Made by a program: the position numbers and the translations under genes | Part shown: positions 47,051-64,000 of the stretch, one piece after another | How positions within the stretch are numbered: the first letter of the stretch is position 1 | Layout of the letters: every line of letters begins with the position of its first letter | DNA from: Auanema rhodensis | Taxonomy: Eukaryota > Animalia > Nematoda | Direction: 5' to 3' | Assembly: GCA_964057225.1 (NCBI GenBank) | Contig: OZ059897.1 | Location: 14,322,001-14,386,000, forward strand | DNA length: 64,000 nt | The notes under the pieces: generated by a model | What the model was told of the DNA's origin: nothing | Seen by the model: only the letters and a program-made list of their open reading frames with translations | Databases searched by the model: none

Positions 47051-47078
<28 letters not shown>
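47051..47078. repeat. (AT)n microsatellite in the snt-1 3' region
   Basis: Pure TA run; similar runs at ~40160-40187 and ~56147-56177. Confidence 0.9.
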
Positions 47079-47086
<8 letters not shown>

Positions 47087-48545
47087 TTAATATTTTTCCT
47101 AAATTTCTATAGAGTCCTAGATATATATTATTCGGATGTATTTAACTAACTTATATCAAACACATTCCTAAAATTGTAAACATCCATTTTAATATTCTGA
47201 TTTTACGTTTGATTATACAATTGTAACCTTGATAACAACCATTTTGTTTTGTCACGAGAATCGTTGTCACTTAGCCCAACATTATGTGGATGGGTATATG
47301 GTAGAGTTCGAGCAGGAGCACTCCCGACCACATGGTCATTTTCCCATCCATCAAATATCCCAGTCCTAATAATATATAATGAAATCATATAAAGGCCATG
47401 ATTCAATTGGCTCTGTATACATATGGACACACTACTAACTACTACCAAGACATCCCGTTGAATTTTCTGTTTGCTTTTCCTAATATTATAAGTTATAATT
47501 TTGTGTGAATAATTTAATTTATTTTATATAATAATAAGGTTTTGGTGTACTGATGCTGATATAGCTGATTTTCTTTGATACTATACCATTTTATACCAAT
47601 AATGAGGTCATCGTCAGTTGATAAACTTAAGACGTTGAAGTGGTTCGAGTTTTTCGTGTTTATGATTTTGCTTGTAGATATGTATGTCATGAATAAAAAG
47701 AAAATACATAATATTATAAATGTTTATAATAACGAAAATCTTTTTTTTAATACACTCGTGTTTCTTGAGGCAGAGACCTCTAACGATCATAGGGAACATA
47801 CAACGAAAAGACAGACTGGAGTAGGGTACTCAATATCTAAATATCACACCTTTATTTTGAAACAAATGAGTTTGGATTGATAAGTCCGAAAAGCAAAACA
47901 AATATTAATTAAGGTATAAAATTTAGACTTTCGAGCTATATCACTTTTATGAAAATAAGCAAAGCAGAAACTAATCCATTATCAACATAAAATCATACCG
48001 GTTTCAACAAGAAAAACGGATCTATTCTTTATATTATAGCCGGGGAGGCACACTTGTAAGATTCACATACTACGTAATGCGAATTTATATTAGCGATTAC
48101 GAAATGGAAAAAATCGCGTTAAAACTTCGGTAAATATAGTTATGACCATAACGAGCAGTGAGAGCAAGACATCTAAACAACAGAATAGCAACTTTCAAAT
48201 AAACGTAAATTTTGTAATTTAGAGTTTTGCACATTACACGACCCAAGGCACTGGGTATACCTGAGAGATGACGAGGTTGCTATATACAGAGTATCTCAAA
48301 CCACCCAAAAACACAGACATGAAGACGAGTACAACGAAAGACGGGATAAAAAGCAAAATATAAAAACATAAAGATATCGCACTTACAAGGGTTTGTGGAA
48401 AATATAAAACAAACATGAGAAAGAGAACTGAGATGACCACATCCTGAGTGGACGAGAATTTCCAGAGATATGACAACGCACACAAAAGCCGAAGGAATCT
48501 ATCAAATTATGGCAAGGAGAACAACGATTGTGGGAAAGAACTCAA

Positions 48546-59794
<11,249 letters not shown>

Positions 59795-62700
59795 TTCTGA
59801 AACTAACACTAATATACAACTCTATTTAAAAGAAATAAAACAAAATATCTGAAAGAATAAATAAGAAAAAACGATTCTTGGCTTAAGATTAAAAAAAAAG
59901 TTTAAAAGCGAGAACCTTAACAATATATGAAAAACATTGTCTACTCAAATAGAGGCTATGAAAATTATATAAAATTAATTAAGATAGACGAGAGTATAGA
60001 TTATAGGATAAAGAAAGTGGACTATGTTGGAGCGTCGGCACTTGTCCACTCAAAGGTCATATCAGCCCAACCACACCAATAGAGGGGTGGTCATCCAGCC
60101 AATCCCAAGTTCACATAATTTTGCATGATTGAAAATATGAACAAGCATAGCAGAACACAAAATAGAGGTGCAACACGAAAATCATGAACCGTTTTGATAA
60201 AGCAGAGTATATTTGGATAATAAAATTCCCGGATAAAAGACTGAGCGTTTGGGACGAAGCAGAGATATCCTGCACAAACAACAAGCATTGAATACACCGG
60301 AAAACACAAAATGGTTATTAGATCAGAGCAACCAGATCGTTATAAAACTATATGAAACTTGGACGGTAAAAATGCAAATAAAGAGCATTGTGATTATCAA
60401 TAATTCAACCGACTGACAAGAAGCGTTTGCAGATGAATTTTCAATTAAAGTCAGAAAAAAATCGTCTGTTAAAAAGGTTCATCGCTTAATGAAGACTTCA
60501 AATTATGTACACATTCGATGTGTACATATAAAAATATATATACATGCTATTACTGAGAAATGAATCATTTAAATGTCAAAAACAAATGTCACAATTTGGC
60601 CTTGTAAACTATGCAGAATGAGGCCAGTTAGGCGCGGACAGCATTGCTTAAGTTATTTTTGTTAGAACAATCAAAGAGCGGCATCAAAATTCATAGTTTT
60701 GAAAGAAACACAGCACATACATACACATTGAATTTCAGGGACAACAGGACACTGAGGAAAACCATATGAGATAGCAGACGTAAAAAGAGAAAGGGAAGGC
60801 GACGGAGACCAGCGGCGGCCATGTGAGAGAACGCCTCCTTCACAGAGAGAGCAGAGAAGTGGCTGGAGACCAGCAAATACACCAGTAAAAAACGAGGACA
60901 CCACTAAACTTTTTTCGCTTCCACTTCTTCAATATGAAGCCAGATAACATAAATGATACGTAATTATGAAGGGACTTTCCTTATGAGACAGAGCGAAGGA
61001 AACTATAACAAATAGTATTGCCAAAATGTTGCATTTCGGCTTGTACTAATACATATATCAAAACGAATAGTACGTAAAGAATGAACAAGTCAAGAGAAAA
61101 ATTTGCGACGAAAGAGTCAATGAAAGAGGAGAGGAGAAAAGAGAGAATGAGAGAGAAAGCGAAACGAACAACATGTCTTAACCATGGGAACGAATGAAAT
61201 GAAGATAAAAAAGCTGAGAAAACTTTACAACTGCTAACCATCTCTGAAGGATACTCACATTGCGCAAGAGAGAATGATTAGGGTCAACAGCCTATCCCCA
61301 TCCATACATAACAGATTATATACATCGTGGCCGAATAGAAGCAACGACAGATGAAGTTCACAACAAGACTTCCGTCGAGCATACTTTATACACGGAGAAC
61401 AACATTGAAAACTCATGAGAAACAAGAGAACAGGCTAGCTTTAGCTTCATCGTTAACTACTACGATTATTCCATCAAATCAAAATGTGGCGGCGCATAAC
61501 TTCAAACTCTAGTTATATTCAAATATAATTCCTATTTCGACTGATATTTACAGCCATTAAGGCTGGTATTAGGTTGCTATCTGCAGCAAAGAGCTCAGCT
61601 AAGAACAAAAAAAAACAAGCAAGACAAGCAGCTAAGAAAAATGTGCTCATATTCAACTAATGGCAAGTGTGTTAGGTGGTTCGAGGCGCGAATAGTGCCC
61701 CTCGAGAGGACATATGGCCGCTTGTGGACACAAGTGGATTGCCGCCACCAACCATGGCCATTACCACCTTCCTTCTTCATTGGACGTGGTCTACATCTAC
61801 GTCTACTTATTCTTTACTCTTTCAAGGCATCATTTTCGATTCAACATTAGAAAACATAAGAGTAAGAAGAGCATTGCTATGTATTTAGTTCTTTTCTGCG
61901 CATACGCGTGATATACGTGAGCAAACAGGACGATCTTTTATCTCAATAGCTTCTAACCTTCAGCAAAATAGAGTATGAAAAGAACATTCCGTAGACATTG
62001 ATTTTACTGATTGTTATTTAGAAATCGGAAATGAGTTCAAAGTAAAAATAATGACGAGAGAGGGAAGATGAAGGATTAGATGATTTTTAATGACTAGATT
62101 ATAAGATGATAGCATTAGATTTGCGGATGAGCGTGTTTGGGAAGTGAACTGACAGGTCATAACAGTGCTCAGTGTTTATGCCAACAGGAATCTCATTTAG
62201 ACCGTTAGAAAGAAGCTAGGTGATTTTCCGTCCTTAGTCTGCCCTTTAAACGAGTGTAGTTCACAAGATTTAGAAAGTTGACAATTTTCAGGGTTAACCA
62301 TCATTTTTTATCTATAGGCTATAGCACAATTGATAGATTGCCATGTTATTTGAGCCATAGTAGATAATATAAATGTTAAACTTTTAAGGCCATAAACAGA
62401 CGAAGAATATTACTAGAATAGAAGATTGCCTCAAACTGTAAGAACTAGTCTATTCAATCCAATGTTGTGTCTGAAAGACAATCATCGATCAGCTGATTGG
62501 GCAACACCGACAAAATCACTCAGACTCGGAAAAGTCAACTGCAACATTATCGATGACCATTACACCCATTCTAACAATCAAGGGTGTGATAGAGAGCGAA
62601 CAACGAGAGAAATAGAGCTAGTTAGAACTACGAAAGAGAACTTAATACGATCAGGCTACGATGATGCGTACAAAAATAAAAAAGCAACAAAACACAAAAG

Positions 62701-64000
62701 AGGTGAGAATAAGATCATGATGCGTAACAGTTCTGATAGTTGAACAGATGTTGAAATAAAAGAAAGATAGTTTGTGTGCAACAACAAGAAGACAAGTAGG
62801 CAGTTGTGATGCTAATTAAGGCGACGAACAGTCAGAGCGAGTAATACGCAGGGGTCGCGATTATGGGGCAGACGACTAAGAACACGATAAAGAGCCAACA
62901 GCTGTCTGTGATAGCTACTTGATCCGTCGAAAAACCACATGAAGAACTACAAACAACATACCTCTGCATGACTAAGAAAAATGAAAAGAAAAAAGACAAA
63001 AGTGAAAAGTTACTAAAATCTGATAAAAAATAAAAATTGCTAGCGAATATGGAAGCAAAGGAAGAAAGAAAATAGAGATAAAAAATGAAATAAACAATAA
63101 AAAAACATATAAAACCTCAACAAAGCATTTCCTTGCATCAGTCTGCTTGGTGAATTACTTATTAAATGACAATAGGCGGGAATAAAATCGGCGTGGGAAT
63201 TCACGTTAAAATAATGATATGCTAATTGCTCATGGAGAAGGATTGCCAGCGGTACAGTGGCATAGTGGTTTAGCAATCAAGTGGTTATTAATATAAAACA
63301 GTAATCAATAGATATTTTCAATGCCGGTAGTTTAGAATAAGTAATGAAATAATCAACTTAAATATAAACAACAAAGAAAATTGAAAGGAATTAATTGAGA
63401 GTTAAAACAAATGAAGTACGACAAAGTTGATGACAGCAGAGCGAAGAACAAGATGGAGTCTTCGTTCGGTCAATCACTATTACTATAACACGAATGCCAG
63501 ATGGATCATATGGGTTGTTAATCGCAAAGGAACGAACAAATTGTACCAGAAGATCAATAAAGAGAAAAGACGATCACGTCAACGAAATTGGAAAGAGATG
63601 GTAGAGATTGGGAAACAAAATGGTTACAGAAAATAATAAATTCAGCATGAATTTCAGAAAAAATAACTTGTTCACAGTTCACTGATGCAAACAATAAGAT
63701 GAGCGGAGGCATCAGTTCTCGTTAAGTCAACAAATGATCGGCTTCGACACTCCGCCAACTATTGTAAACATTCAAAAGCCCATTTGTCACAAAGTCCTTG
63801 TAGGGACTACTAGAAGTAAATGAACTCTTTTCCTATCTAGTGCTATCTAGTTTCTTCTCTCTGATAATGAAGACATTGATTTAGGGGCAGTAAAATGAAA
63901 AGATCGAAGTTTAGGCATTCAAGATGGCACGTTAGCGTGTCAATGAACTAAAGGATAAAAGGTTTCACAGAGTTATGTTGTTCACTGCAGAGATGGGAGC

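Overview
AT-rich eukaryotic DNA from a nematode, probably rhabditid/clade V (short ~45-60 nt GT-AG introns, TTTCAG-type acceptors, proteins close to C. elegans). Nine intron-containing protein genes were assembled by hand. Left to right: 5' part of let-858/CWC22 (-), clhm-1 CALHM channel (-), a head-to-head pair of very divergent ABCG5/ABCG8-like half-transporters (-/+), latrophilin lat-2 (-), an MFSD8-like MFS transporter (-), an Sre-class chemoreceptor (+), synaptotagmin snt-1 (+, with an antisense intronic tRNA-Gln) and egl-27/RERE (-). Most short ORFs in the track are exon fragments or shadows. The most notable observation is the divergent ABCG5/G8-like pair ~400 bp apart in a sterol auxotroph: both composite ATP sites look degenerate, and the spacer carries nuclear-receptor DR1, GATA and NR5A-like sites. 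Also notable: an EGF domain split by a C-type lectin domain in LAT-2, a possible alternative C-terminus of LAT-2, a long QA repeat in EGL-27, and X-box motifs at clhm-1 and snt-1. Orthology calls rest on recalled protein sequences, not database searches. CDS coordinates are gene spans including introns.
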